Shown: piece after piece, positions 37,578 through 51,355 of the stretch
Position numbering within the stretch: the stretch's first letter is position 1
Layout of the letters: each line of letters begins with the position of its first letter
DNA from: Squalus acanthias
Lineage: Eukaryota
DNA: 64,000 nt
Assembly: GCA_030390025.1 (NCBI GenBank)
Contig: CM059425.1
Coordinates: 177,632,001 to 177,696,000, forward strand
Direction: 5' to 3'
Notes under the pieces: model-generated
What the model was told of the DNA's origin: nothing
The model's input: only the letters and a program-made list of their open reading frames with translations
Databases searched by the model: none
Translations under genes and position numbers: made by a program

Positions 37578-38850
37578 CACAACTTGCATTTATATAGCAT
37601 CTTTAACATAGTAAAATGTTCCAAGGTGCTTCACAGGAGCATAATCAGACAAAAATTTGCACCAAGCCAAAGGAGGATATATTAGGTCAGGACCAAAAGG
37701 TACTAAGGAGAGTCTTAAAGGAGGAGAGGCAGAGTGGTTTAGCGAGGGAATTCCACAGCTTGGGGCCTAGATGGCTGAAGGCACAGCTACCAATAGTGGG
37801 GTGAAGGAAGTGTGGAATGCACAAGGAGGCCAGAATTCAAGTACAGAGATCTGAGGGCTGTAGGGATGGAGGAGGGGAGGGGCAGTCACAGAGGGATTTG
37901 AACACCAATGAGAATTTTAAAATAGAGGTGTTCATGGATTAGTACACAGTATAGATCAGTAAGCAGAGGTGACAGGCAACGTTCCCAGTAAACTGCACTT
38001 TGTTCTGCTACCACCTGTTTCTTTTAGTGCACAGTCCCTTTAAATTTCTGTGCATGCACTATATTTACAATGGAGAAGCCGGTGAGCAGCCTGCCCAGGA
38101 CCTTTCCCAAAGGAAAGATTGGTGACAGGTGAACTGGATTTGGGGTGAGTTAGGATACAGGCAACAGAGTTTTGAATGAGCTCAAGTTTAGGAGGCTTGA
38201 AGATGGGAGGCCTACCAGGAGTCCATTGAAATAGTCCAAGTCTGGAGGTATTAAAAGCATGGGTTTCAGCAGCAGATGCAGGCAATACAAGAGAGGTGGA
38301 AGTAATGGGCTTTGTGATGGAGAGGATATGGCATCAGAAGCTCAGCTCAGGGTCAGATAGGACGCCGAAGTTCAAGCCGCCAGCTCAGCCTGAGGCAGTG
38401 GCCAGAAAGAGGGATGGAATTGGTGGCTAGGGTGTGGAGTTAGTGACAGGTTCCAAAGGAAATGGCTTCAGTCTTTCCAATGTTTAATTGGAGGAAATTT
38501 TGGCACATTGGACAAGCAGTCTGACAACACCAAGGCAGTGGAGGGGTTGAGAGGTGGTGATGTAGAGCTGAGTGTCAGTGTAGATGTGGAACCTGACCTG
38601 GATGATGTGGCCAAGGGGTAGCATGTAGATAAGAAATAGGAGGGGGCCAAGGATAGATCGTTGGGGGACCCAGCAGGTAATAGTATGGGGGCAGGAAGAG
38701 ATGCCATTGCAGGAGAGTCACTGGCTACAACTGAATAGGCAAAAGTAGAACCAAGCGAGGGCAGTCCCACTCAGCTGGACAACAGGAGAGTCGTTGGAGG
38801 AGGATGGTGTGGTCAACCGTGTCAAAGGCTGCAGACAGGTCGAAAAGAAT
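37578..38850 (-). mobile_element. L2 LINE fragment
   Basis: Antisense tail ACAACTTGCATTTATATAGC and homology to the L2 RT region at 59015-60165. Confidence 0.75.
37977..38121. mobile_element. hAT-type MITE (copy 1)
   Basis: Ends CAACGTTCCC...GGAAAGATTG; perfect 8-bp TSD GTGACAGG. Confidence 0.75.
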
Positions 38851-39262
38851 GTTAAAAGCTTGCTAAATTCTAGAATTTAGCATTCTGTAGCAATGGCTGG
38901 AAAATGTACCAATTTTAATGGTGTCAGACTAGAACCAGTCACACACATTGTAATATGTACATTTGATATTAGCCAGACCATTTGAATTAAGGAAAAAGAG
39001 AAAAACAGAACAATGAACCTAGACAGTTCTTGCAGCTAGTTATTGAATGGTGTTGGTAGAGGCATAGGATCATATTCCTACCCACCAACTACAGAATGGT
39101 ACTTGGCAAGCGAGAGAAAACTACAGATCAAAAATAAAAGCTAAAAATAAAACAAGATTGTCACAGGAAATTTAGTGTACCTAGAACATCAAATGCAAAT
39201 TTGATCTTTACCCAGTACAGCTATATATCCTTTTGAGATTTATTTGAATATGGAAGCCTTAC

Positions 39263-39417
39263 CACTGATGTAACCACACTGGTTTTCTTGCAGGATTGCC
39301 TCATTTTTCTTGGTCAGTTCTTTTTTTTCAGCCTCAGGCCAACTGAAGAGTGTTTCCTTTAACTGTCCCTGAAGCATTTTTAAGAAGCAGTGGGAATCAG
39401 CATGATCATGGATACTG
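39263..39417 (-). CDS. CDO1: Cysteine dioxygenase 1, coding exon 3 (155 nt)
   Basis: TAG|CAGT...[61 protein letters not shown], with His86, His88 and Cys93. Confidence 0.97.
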
Positions 39418-40257
39418 CTATAATGTGGAAAAACAAGAGCTAGTCAAGAGCCTTCAAATACTGGTTCTATTTTAATTTTGAGCTTGATTCTTTGACAATA
39501 TTGTGAACATGAATGCACACTGAGCTGAACACAAGTCATCTCATTTTCTCAAAACTGGTTGCATTTTAATTAGGATCATCTTAAGCAGCTTTCAAATGAT
39601 CACACCTTCAAATATTAATCAAAATATGAGTGAAGAGACAGCATATTAGAACACCTACACCCTGTGTTATGAAGGAGGGCAATAGGTTCAAGTCCAGGTT
39701 CACATCCATACCCACCACTTCAAAAACATCCTATTAGGAGGGACAGTCAAGGCCAGGCACTTTCCATTGAAGAGGAAAAAGGGGAAGGGAAGGAGGAAGA
39801 AAGAGCCACACAAGACTATTCACATTCTCGTACCTTTTCCAGAGAGGCCACAGTAATATTGTCAGAAAGCTGAGAGCACATCACCAGTCCACTAATGCTC
39901 ACCACTGGGTACAGCCACAGAAGAAAGTGAATACTTTTAAAAAATGAAGTCAATTTCAAATATTAGGAGGAAACACATTCCAAAAGCAGCTAAGCACTAT
40001 ATGCAACTTCCTGTTGTGATTAAATTAATCTTCTAACATTCAAATATGTTGTCCATTATAAATTAGTTAGAAGTTAATAAATATTCTTGGATTTACTTAA
40101 TGGTTAAACCGGCTGTTAATATCAGTGATAACACCTTTCCTGGAAGGTTACTTTCCATGAGAAAAGCATACCTATTATGTAGAAAAGCCATAAGTGATGA
40201 TGAAATATTAAGTCAATGCAAGAAAAGGCTCTTGAATCATTTAGTTAAAAATCTCAC

Positions 40258-40335
40258 CTGCCATGACCTTCACCCCAGCACAGTATCATCAAATTAAACT
40301 TTCCATTTCCTTCATCAACAAGATTCCTTGTGTAC
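40258..40335 (-). CDS. CDO1: Cysteine dioxygenase 1, coding exon 2 (78 nt)
   Basis: TTTACAG|G...[34 protein letters not shown], including Tyr58, Arg60 and Trp77. Confidence 0.97.
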
Positions 40336-40714
40336 CTGTAAACAAAGAAGGAGCCATTTGTAGTTAAATTTTAGTGCGAGAACCAAAGGTTCAAGCCAGA
40401 AAAACATATCAATATGTTTATAAGCCAAAGAGAAGGTAAATTCTAGAAAGACTGACTACCAGATGTTAAGCTCAACTGTACTAATTTTGGGTTAGATATA
40501 CAAGACTCGATAGCCTAGATTTTCCAGGTTAATGTTGGCATTAAAATGTTAAATCTAGGCTAAAGTCTCAAGGTTCAACTAAAACAGAATTTGGAATTTA
40601 CTTGAACTACAGGTCAAATGGTCAACATAATGTCCCGTAATGGTTCTTCAAGGATCTGTGCCAGGGATCAGATTCCTCACAGGGCAAGTGTCCATTCCTG
40701 CCTATGGCACCACA

Positions 40715-41101
40715 AAAAAAGATTTGCATTTATATAGCAACTTTCACAACCAGACGTCCCAAAGCACTTTAGTCAATGAAGTACTTGCTGTCATGTAGAC
40801 ACTGTTGTAATGTAGGAAATGCGGCAGCCAATTTGCACACAGCAAGGTCCCACATACAGCAATGCGATCATGACCAGATAATCTGTTGTTACATTGATTA
40901 AGGGATTAAATATTGGCCAGGACACTGGGGATAACTCCCCTGCTCTTCAAAATAGTGCCATGGGATTTTTTACATCTACTTGAGAGCAGACAGCACCTCA
41001 GTTGTAGGTCTCATCCAAAAGACGGCACCTCCGACACTGCAGCACTAGCATGTCAGCCTAGCTTTTTGTGCTCGAGTCCCTGGTGTGGAACTTGAACCAA
41101 C

Positions 41102-41135
<34 letters not shown>

Positions 41136-41151
41136 CTGAGCCACAACTGAC
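40715..41151 (-). mobile_element. tRNA-derived DeuSINE-like SINE (SacSINE1-like)
   Basis: Reverse-complement copy of 53685-54155 with A/B-box head and L2-type tail. Confidence 0.82.
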
Positions 41152-41169
41152 ATATCTATATTGAAATTA

Positions 41170-41960
41170 ATTTCAATATAAATAAGCGTGAGGTGGTGCA
41201 TTTTGGTAGGAAGAATAAGGAGGCCACATACTACTTGATAATAAGAGTCCAAACAGGGTAGAGGAGCAAAGGGATCTAGGGGTACAGATATACAAATCAC
41301 TAAAAGTAGCAACACAGATTAAGAAGGTCATAAAAAAAATGGAAACAAACTGCAGTTCATTTCTAGAGGTATAGAAATGAAAAGCTTGGAAGTTATGTTA
41401 AACTTGTATAGAACCTTGGTTAGACTAGTACTGTGCAGAATTCTCCATATTATTAAAATAATAGACACAGGAGAAGGTGCAAAAAAGATTCACAAGGATG
41501 ATACCAGAACTGAAAGGATACACCTATCAGGAAGACTGAACAGGCTGGGGCTCGGAGAAAGGAGAAGGCTGAGGGGGGTGACCTGGTAGAGGTCTTGAAG
41601 ATTATGAAAAAGTTTGATGGGGTAGACTTAGAGAAAATGTTTCCACTTGTGGGGGCGTCAAAAACTAGGAGGTCATAAATAAAAGATAGTCACTAATAAA
41701 TCCAGTAGGGAATTCAGGAGAAACTTCTTCACCTAAAGAGTGGTAAGAATGTGTAACTTGCTACCACGATGAGTAGTTGAGGCAAATAGCATAGATGCAT
41801 TTCATGGGAAGCTGGATAAGCACGAGGGAGAAAGGAATAGAAGGATATGCTGATTTGGTTAGATGAAGAGGGATGGGAGGAGGCTTGTGTAGAGCATAAA
41901 CACCAGCAGAGATCAGTTGGGCTGAATGGCCTGTTTCTGTGCTGTAGACTATGTAACTAT
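41170..41960 (+). mobile_element. CR1 3' fragment in CDO1 intron 1
   Basis: EVVHFGRKN and MLNLYRTLVR remnants, plus CR1 3' UTR and tail. Confidence 0.82.
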
Positions 41961-42244
41961 TTGAAAATGAGATGTTCCCCCATAGGGAGCATTTTTAAAT
42001 TAAAGTGGATGAAAAATCAAGTTAAATAGTATATGTACCTCCCCATTTTGCAACACTGTAGTGACATTAATTTTAACATTTATTTGCAAAGATTAAAAAT
42101 GAATCACCCAACATTAATAAATACAAACAGTCAATACAAATGAAGTTGGAAGCCAATAAATACAGTTATCTTAAAATCTGCTGTTAGAAACCAGAAGGAA
42201 ACTCACTAGACGGTTACCTGAATTTCACACTTGGTGTACATGAA

Positions 42245-42885
42245 CATAAGGACACAAGAAATAGAAGCATGAGTAGGCCATTCGAGCCTGCTCTGCCATT
42301 CAATAAGATCAACTCCACCTTCCCACATTATCCCTTAGTATTCAAAAATCTATCAATCTCTACTCAACAACTGAGTATCCACAGCTCTCTGGGGTACAGA
42401 ATTCCAAAGATTCACAACCCTTTGAGTGAAGAAATTGCTCATCAGTCCTAAATGGCTGACCACTTATTCTGAGACTGACCCCTGGTTCTAGATTCTCCAG
42501 CCAGGGGAACCATCCTCCCAGCATCCACCCTGTAAGAATGTTATATGTTTCAATGAGATCACCTCTCATTCTCCTAAACTCTATAGCATATAGGCCTAGT
42601 CTACTCAATCTCTCCTCATTAGGACAATCCCCTCATCCCAGGAATCAGGCTAATGAACCTTTGTTGCATTCCCTCAAAGGCAAGTATATCCTTCCTTGGG
42701 TAAGGAGATCAAAACTATACACAGTACTCCAGGTGTGTTCTCACCAAGGCCCTATATAACTGCAGTAAGACTTCTTCACTCTTAAACTCCAATCCCTTTG
42801 TAATAAAGGCTAACATAACATTTGCTTTCCCAATTGCTTGATGTACCTGCATGTTAACTTTCTGTGATTTGTGTACAAGGAAACC
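42245..42885 (-). mobile_element. CR1 3' fragment
   Basis: ORF 42360-42608 (RLGLYAIEFRRMRGDLIETY); antisense 3' tail at ~42245. Confidence 0.82.
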
Positions 42886-43873
42886 TGGTTAGAATTTCCC
42901 TCCCACCTCTCCACTCTAGTTTATGGGGAAGACCAGATGCATTCTGAAGCTGGCATTGAATTGGTCAAGATTTTTTTTGGCTAGAATGGTGTCTGACACA
43001 CAAATCCATAACCCTGTTTAACAGTCTCCAATTCAACCCATCTTTAGTTTGTTTGCACAATAGATTTAGCACTCTCCCTGCAAGGTCACATCCCACCTTC
43101 TCAAGTCTAGGGTGCAAATTGGCAGAGCCATAGTAAGGGACACCACCACAACCCCAAGTGTGCATAAAGGCACTGCTGGATTTTAACCAGTAGCTTACCA
43201 CAACAGGTAACTGCTAAGCTTTCCACTGCCTGTCCAGCTGGGAACACACTACACATTAGTGCTTCGGCCTATAGGGTTTCCTGGAGCCGAGTGGAAAGAA
43301 TCCGACCCATGGACAGGTTTACCCCTCCAAGCTCAATTAGTGAACTGGGATGCCTGATCAATCATGAGCACTGCCTTGTATAACCAACAATCCTGGTTCA
43401 GGTATTAGATCATCAAGTCTGCCAGAGGGTCAACTTGACCACTACTTAGTCATTAGATAACTGACATGTGTAGATAACAGACATGGGTGGGCAGCATTTA
43501 CCAGCAGTTACTCAGGAGCTACAGTGTGAGCAGCACAGCTCAGCAAAAAATATGCTAGTGTATTGCCACCACCCTACAGCACAGACATACACCATATCCC
43601 ACTGATTGGTGGTTCCACCTGTTGGAAGTGCAGAGCTTCAGCAACAAGTGCTTACTTTTGCTCAATCATGGTAAGTACCAAACCCTGTATGCACAAAACA
43701 CATCATACCCAGCTTCAAGGTAATACCTTCCAGTTATCGCCCCTGATCTTCCAAAATTTCAAATGCAATGCCACATGGCAGACTCATCAATTGTTCAACA
43801 CAAATCCACGAGGGTTTCTGGCTAAAAGGAGGCTTGACCCCTCCCTCCAGATTTGCCACCGACTGGTTGGAAC

Positions 43874-44014
43874 CAACGTTCCCGCTAAGCTGTGCAGCCA
43901 CGCAGTGTCTGAAGTCCCGCGCAGGCTGATCACTGGCTTTTCAATGGGACATTTCATGCAGTCCGTTAAAGGGACCACGCACCCAAAAGAAATTAGGGGG
44001 AAGGGGAAACATTG
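43874..44014. mobile_element. hAT-type MITE (copy 2)
   Basis: Ends CAACGTTCCC...GGAAACATTG; 8-bp TSD GTTGGAAC/GTTGGAGC. Confidence 0.75.
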
Positions 44015-44129
44015 GTTGGAGCATTCCCTCCTTGCAATTACTTCCTCTTGCCACAAATCCTTTTTCAGCTTGGTCCTAGATCTCAAACAAGTCAGAAAAA
44101 GCCTTTCCAGTGCATCCTAGGAGTTATGA

Positions 44130-45540
44130 GCTGCAAGTGATAACTGAGGCATTAGATATACAAATTTTAAAAAATCAATAGAAAAGGAAATAGTGGCAGA
44201 GGACTGGCAGACAGCAAATGTTATTCCTATTTTCAAAAAGGGAGATAGAACAAATCCAGGTAACTATAGACCAGTTAGCTTATCAGTGGTAGGACAGATA
44301 TTGGAATCGTTATTGAAAGAGGGAAAAGGAAAACATCTAGCAACCAAAAGTATAAGAGTAGTCAGCACAGATTTCAAAAGGGAAGGTCATACTTAACCAA
44401 GCTTATTGAATTTTTTGAAGTACTAACAGAAAGTAGACAAGGGTAAGAGCATAAGAAATAGAGCAGGAGTAGGCCATACAGCCCCTCAAGCCTGCTCCGC
44501 CATTCAATAAGATCATGGCTGATCATCAACCTCGACTTCACTTTTCTGCCTGATCTCCATATCCCTTGATTCCTCTAGAGTCCAAAAATCTATCCATCTC
44601 AGCCTTGAATATACTCAGACTCAGCATTCACAGCCCTCTGGGGTAGAGAATTCCAAAGATTCACAACCCTCAGTGAAGAAATTCCTCCTCATCTCAGTCT
44701 TAAATGGCCGACCCCTTATCCTGAGACTATGCCTCCTAGTTCTAGACACTCCAGCCAGAGGAAACAACCTCTCAGCATCTACCCTGTCAATCCCCTTCAG
44801 AATCTTGTATGTTTCAATGAGATCACCGCTCATTCTTCTAAACTCCAGAGAGTATAGGCCCATTCTACACAATCTCTCATCATAGGACAGCCCTCTCATC
44901 CCAGGAATCAATCTAGTGAACCTTTGTTGCACCACCTCCAAGGCAAGTATATCCTTCCTTAGAGGAGACCAAAACTGTGCACAGTACTCCAGGTGTGGTC
45001 TCACCAAGGCCCTGTAAAATTGTAGCAAGACTTCCTTACTCATACTCCAACCCCCTTGTAATAAAAGCCAACATGCCATTTGCCTTCCTTATTGCTTGCT
45101 GTACCTGCATGCTAGCTTTGTGTTTCTTGCACAAGGACACCCAAATCTCTCTGAACACCAACATCTGAAAGTTTCTCACCATTTAAAAAAATATTCTGTT
45201 TTTCTATTCTTCCTACCAAAGTGAATAACCTCACATTTCCCCACATTATACTCCATCTGCCACCTTACTGCCCACTCACAGTCTATCTATATGCAGTGGA
45301 CATATTATACATGGACTTTCAAAAGGCCTTAGATAAGGTACTACATAGTAGACTCATGACTAAGGTCAGAGCATGTGGAGTCAGGGGGACAGGTAGCAGA
45401 GTGAATTGCAAGCTGGCTACAAAACAGAGAGTAGGGAGGTTAAAGGTAGTTACTCAGACTGGCAGAAAGTGGGAAGTGGTGTTCCACAGGGATCAGTGCT
45501 GGGATCACTGTTATTCACTATTTACATAAATGATTTGGAC
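44130..45540. mobile_element. Plus-strand CR1 RT fragment interrupted by a minus-strand CR1 3' fragment (~44446-45290)
   Basis: NPGNYRPVSL (44193-44396) resumes as AVDILYMDFQKA (45290 onward); the intervening ORF 44621-45079 is an antisense CR1 C-terminus. Confidence 0.8.
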
Positions 45541-48500
45541 TCTGATTTAAGCCCTCACTTTTGTTGAGAAGGTTCCAAGTTTGGAGTGAGACATGTTACA
45601 TGTTCATGAGACAATGACTGCAGCCAATAGTGGGTTGGAGGGAAAAGAAAATCAATGCTTTTTTCTCCCCAATGCATCAAAAGTGTTGTATGCAGTGTAA
45701 AGTGAATCAGGCTTCATTACCTTTTCTTCAAGAGTCAGACTTCAGTTACATCCTCAATTTCAAACAAGTTCTAACTTCATAACTGACCCCAGGTTTTCCA
45801 ACTGTGCCATTTTCTCACTTACCGCCGATCTAATTTCCTCAAGTTACTTACACATCCTTTGTTTCTTCTGTGCTTCTATTACTTGATAGAGATGATGTGA
45901 CATCATTTTACTGATGCTTCCTCATACATCAATTTTTTTGATGCATAATATGCCTGTCCATCTCATTTTTCAATTATTAAGGGTACACATCCAAACAGAC
46001 CATCTGTTCTCCTAGATGCTAACCAACCCGCTGTATATTTTCAGCATTTTCTCTTGATTTCCAGAATCTGCAATATTTTGCAGATTTGGTGAAAATGTAA
46101 ATTTGTAAATATAATTGTGTGGGGGGGGGGGGGGGAGGGGAAAGAGGTGGAGTGCAGCAGTGCCACTATACTATGCAGCAGTGCCCCATTTATCATTTCC
46201 ATATTACTCTAACCTCCATCTTCCAATTGCTTGTGAAACTGAATTTACTTTACCAGAGCCACTACTGACCCCAGTATGCCCTATCTCAGAGCACTTTCCT
46301 TCCCTCCTCATACCTATTCTGGTGTGTGTAGGAACTGACTCAGGAATCTCAAACATGCATTTCCCCCCCACCCCCCTTTTGTCAAATACTTCAGCCAGAT
46401 TACATTTTAACTAGTTAACAGAACCGAACCGGAGAGAGAACAGGCCATTGGAGTTTTCTTCTTTAAAAAAAACTAAAGGCACATAGAGGTTAAGTGTGGA
46501 AACCAGACACCTATTTTCGACCTGGGCTCTAAATTGGTTTGGGTCTGGTCTCAGGCGGAGAAGTGGTCATAAGGGAGTTTGATGAATGTTCCTAAAAAAT
46601 CCAATTCAAGTAGGTAAGCAAATCAGCATTTGAAACACGAGCAAATAGATAGGTTCAAATCAGATCACCTGTTCAAAACTGATCACCTTTCATGCTTTAA
46701 GGCAGAATGGGATCACTGAGGCAAGAAAAGGGTCTCTCGTCTCAGGCAGCTCGTCACTTGCACATATTCTCACACACCCCACCCCCCTTCCAACCAAGGA
46801 GCAGGAAAAGAACAAATAGATGTCAAGAATCAGGAATGCTGGAGTTAATGCATTAGGTGACCAGCAAAAATGTTTTCTGAAAAGCATTTATAGTCCTATT
46901 GTTTAACAGAGTGTACCAATTTAAGCTAATGACCTAATAATTTAGCCACTTTGGGTTAACATTAAACTCAAGACTAAGACAAGAAAGAGAGGAATCATTA
47001 AATTGTTTAATTCATTGCACCAGTCCTTCCTCAGACCAGAAGATTGAAGGGCAATTAACAAGGCAAAGGAGACCCAAAAATGAAGTGCAACTTTTTCAGG
47101 CGCCCCATAGATCTTTGTACAGGGAGGCCATCTGGTTGCGGTTTTTAAACAGCAGCCAAGACACCCTGAAGCCGGCGTCTATTCTACTGTTCAAGTCTCG
47201 GGCTCTATTTCTACCCCCATTTCCAGCTGTAAGTCCCCATCAGGAGGCACACCACAGACATACTGCTCTAAATCTGGAATTACAGGCAGGTTCAAATAAT
47301 TGCAAAAATTTGGTTCCACTCCTTCTGCTTCATGGGGGAGGCAGGAAAATTTACTGGATGTATTATTTAGCAATAAGCCATACTTGATGGGTGAGAGAGG
47401 TACAGTGATTGGGGAGTAGACAAAAATCATACATATTTTGTACAATGCAATTTAAACTGCCCAACACCAAGCCCTGAGGCACACCTCCCAATACCAGCCC
47501 TACCCAGCACCATAACTTCTCCAACAATTTGTTTTCAACCCTTTGGCCAATTTTTTTTTAAACCCATTCAAGATTTGTCTTTAAAACCCCACAAAAAAAT
47601 ATACAATGAAGTGTGTACAATTCCATATATTTTGAATGGCATAGCAGAGATACTAATATTAGAGGACAGAAGTATCAACTTTCTTCCACCAAAGTATTTT
47701 GAGTGCCAGGAAAGCAAATAAGAGTTTGCATGGCATTAGGTCTGCAGACCAACAGTAATTTTGTGAATCTCCATTGGAGTCTCAAAATTAGTTTTGTTTA
47801 CTGCTGTTTAAAATTAGACAGAAGTCACATTTTAGAGTGCAACTATAGCATTGTGTTTTGCTCTGCAATGTTGCCAGAAGCTATAGTGTAAATCTGCAGT
47901 CAAGGCCCAACCCAGATACAGATTTGCACCACTTTAGTGTCAGTGCAAAGCAAAACCACCATAAGTGTGGACCCTTTCTGCTCTTTAGCTCCACATACAT
48001 TCTTCAAGTGCTTTGAACATTAGTGTCCAAACAAGACAAGCCAAAGCGTAATGTTAAAAGTTAATTGGGCGAGAAGTTTTTTAAACAATGTTTAACTTCT
48101 AAATGTATTTATTAGTCAAGGAAAAGTCATCCAATAAAAGTTCAAAGTTTGACTAATAGTAGTTCATTAGCTGTAAACTTGATGCAACTTTGTGAATGTA
48201 ATCAAAATCAAGTATAGGAAATCTAGGCTATGCTATGCAAATGCTAGATGTCTGAAATAAAAAACTGAAAATAAACAGTCAGTAACCATAAAGAAAAAAA
48301 GGATTAACATTTAGAAGTTTTAGAATCAGAATTTGACAGCACTGAAAGATACCATTCAGCCTGAACTGCATTAGCTCTCAGCTAACAACTTAGTTATTCC
48401 CTGCTCTTTTCCATATTCTTTTAAGTTATCTTTTATAATATTTATTCCTTTTAAAAACTATTCTTATGATTTTGCTTCTACCACTTGTGTCTGGTCAAGC

Positions 48501-48544
48501 TTTCCATGACCGAACAAACCTTAAAAAAACCTTCTTTTGCTCTT

Positions 48545-49710
48545 TTCATAGAATCATCAGCATGGAAGGCGGCCATGCCTAGCTGACGCTCAGCTAGTCC
48601 CACTCCCCTGCCCTTTCCCCGTAGCCCTGCAATTTTTTTCCTTCAGATACATATTCAACTCCCTTTGAAAGATAAAATTGAGTCTGCCTCCACCACCCTT
48701 TCAGGCAGTGCATTCCAGATTTTAACCACTCGCTGTGCAAAAAAGTTTTTTTCTTAGATCACCTTTGGTTCTTTTGCCAATCACCTTAAATCTATGTCCT
48801 CTGGTTCTCGACCCTTCTGCCAATGGGAACAGTTTCTCTCTCTACTCTGTCCAGACCCCTCATGATTTTGAACACCTCTATCAAATCGAACATACGAATT
48901 AGGAGCAGGAGTAGGCCACTCGGCCCTTCGAGCCTGCTCCACCATTCAATAAGATCATGGCTGATCCAATTACTCCACATTCCACCTACCCCAGATAACT
49001 TTTCACCCCCTTGCTTACCAAGAATCTATCTACCTCTGCCTTAAAAATATTCAAAGACTCTGCTTCCACCACCCTCTGAGGAAGAGAGTTCCAAAGACAC
49101 TCAACCCTCTGAGAAAAAATTTCTCCTCATCTGTCTTAAATGGGCAACCCCTTATTTTTAAATAGTGACTCCTAGTTCTAGATTCTCCCACAAGAGGAAA
49201 CATCCTCTCCACACCCGATCTAGACCCCTCAGAATCTTATATGTTTCAATCAAGTCACCTCTTATTCTTCTAAACTCCAGCAGATACAAGCCTAGCTTGT
49301 CCAACCTTTCCTCATAAGACAACCCGCCCATTCCAGGTAAATCTCCTCTGCTCCAAGGAGAACAACCCCAGCTTCTCCAGTCTATCAACGTAACTGAAGT
49401 CCCTCATTCCTAGATCATTCTCAAATCTTTTCTGCCCCTTCTCTAATGCCTTCACATCCTTCCTAAAGTGTGGTGCCCAGAATTGGACACAGTACTCCAG
49501 TTGGGGTCAAACCAGTGTTTTATACAGGTTCATCATAATTTCCACACTTTTGTACGCTATACCTCTATTCATGAAGCCCAGGATCCTATAAGCCTTTAAC
49601 TGCTTTCTCAACCTGCCCCGCCACCTTAAACTATTTATGCACATATACCCCCAGATCTCTGTTCATGCTCACCCTTTAGGATTGTACCATTTAGTTTATA
49701 TGTCCTCTCC
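48545..49710 (-). mobile_element. Nested CR1 3' fragments
   Basis: Two antisense CR1 ends; the one at ~48885-49340 is inserted into the other (DLIEVFKIMRG / RRIRGDLIETYK). Confidence 0.78.
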
Positions 49711-51355
49711 TGGTGATGATATGGAGTGCAAGTCTCTATTTACCAATTCACTTATACAAATGGACAGGTAAGCAACCTGAAACATTAACTATTTCTCTCC
49801 ACAGATGCTGCCCAACCTGCTGAGTATTCCAATATTTTCTGTTTATTTCAGATTTCCAACATCTGCAGTATATTGTTTTTGTTTCACTGATACATGGAGA
49901 TAGTTTAAACATCTCAATCAGGTCTCCCCTCAACTTTTTAATAAAACTTCAATTCTGACAGCATCTACACATGAAGCATTAACTTAATTTGTCCTCTTTA
50001 TAGGTGGACCTGCTATGTTTTTCCAGCACCTTTCAGTTTAATTCAAATGTAGTCATTTAATAGTGTTTAAAATCCAAAGAAACAGGGAAAAGTGAGTAAA
50101 CCAAATAGAAGAAATGGAGAAATTTTTAGTTGAAGTTAGCTAAAAGTTGCAAGTAAAGTCTGGTGTTTTATTAATTTTATTGTAAACTAACTTTCCTTGC
50201 ACTGAATTCAATGCAACTGTCTGCACCCCCTCTTCAGCTCCCCCACTAGCTATCAATGGAGCAAATGTACCAAACTCTCCACAACCTTCAACCTTTACCA
50301 TGAAGTTGGCAGAACCAATTAACAAAAAATCTTGTAAGTCACTTAATGCCCTTCCCACCAGAATTTTGTGGATGTGCTCTTCTTACAGTAAAATCAGTAA
50401 AGCCAAAAATCGAGCGAGTTGGCTATGACAGGGTAGGGTAGGGTCAAAGTTTACACAAGGCATTAAGGGTCAAGACCCCTTCTTAAATACCACTTCAATC
50501 ACCGTGTACTACAACCTTATTTTAAAAAGTTGGCCGAGTATTGTGGATTTGCATTGCTCCTTCATCAACATTTGCCAAGTGCCTTGATCTGTTCCCGGAG
50601 GAGACAGGCGGAGGGGAAGTTTTAATATTGTGAAATTCTGCTCTGCAATAACCTCCCACATTCCGAGCTGCAAATACCCAACCAGCCAAGAGTCAGGCAG
50701 CAGCGTGCGAGCAATCGAATGGCACACGTTCCAGAAATACCACAGTACACAAGACTTTTTAAAAAACAACTCGGGTGAGTACACAGCGCAAGTGCCTAAT
50801 TTTTGGCCCGAGAGCCTAGAGACTGGATTGGAGAATTTAAAAAACCTTGCCCAAGGACACTACTGCCCCATGACAACACTGCCCCATGACAACATGCCGT
50901 GGTAAAAAAAAATTGAAAGATATCATTCAGCAATAATCATGAAATATAAACGGGCAAACGCAAAAATGAGGAGCCAGTTACAAAATAGACCCCCTAAATG
51001 TTGTATACGTGTCAATTGTCGGAAGTTACAGAAGCTTAAAGCTGCAATATTCCTTCACTAGTTTGGAGGAAACCAGCGCGGGATCCCTGCAAATTTGTGC
51101 GGAAGGAATGGTCTTGCAAAGGGTCCCACAGCAGCCTTACCAATGTTTACTGGTCAGTTGCAGGCCTTTGCAGGGATCCTAGGCTCTATTAGACTGGTAC
51201 AGTGGGAGCTAAATCTTTCCCCACTGTTCACCGGTTTAAGCCTCTGCTTGTGTTCAACGTGAGCTATCCCCTCACTGAGTGCAAGCCTCTACCTGTGGTA
51301 CAATGCAGTTGTCTCCCCCCCTACCCCCTACCCCCTACCCTACCCAGCCCCTCAC

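Noticed and set aside
40511..40562. Small inverted repeat TAGCCTAGATT...AATCTAGGCTA (similar weak cases at 32562-32920 and 60360-60450)
   Set aside because: Probably MITE relics, but too short or degenerate to assign.
43563..44120. 185-aa ORF in CDO1 intron 1
   Set aside because: It has a non-ATG start, runs through a MITE and shows no domain; likely a chance ORF.
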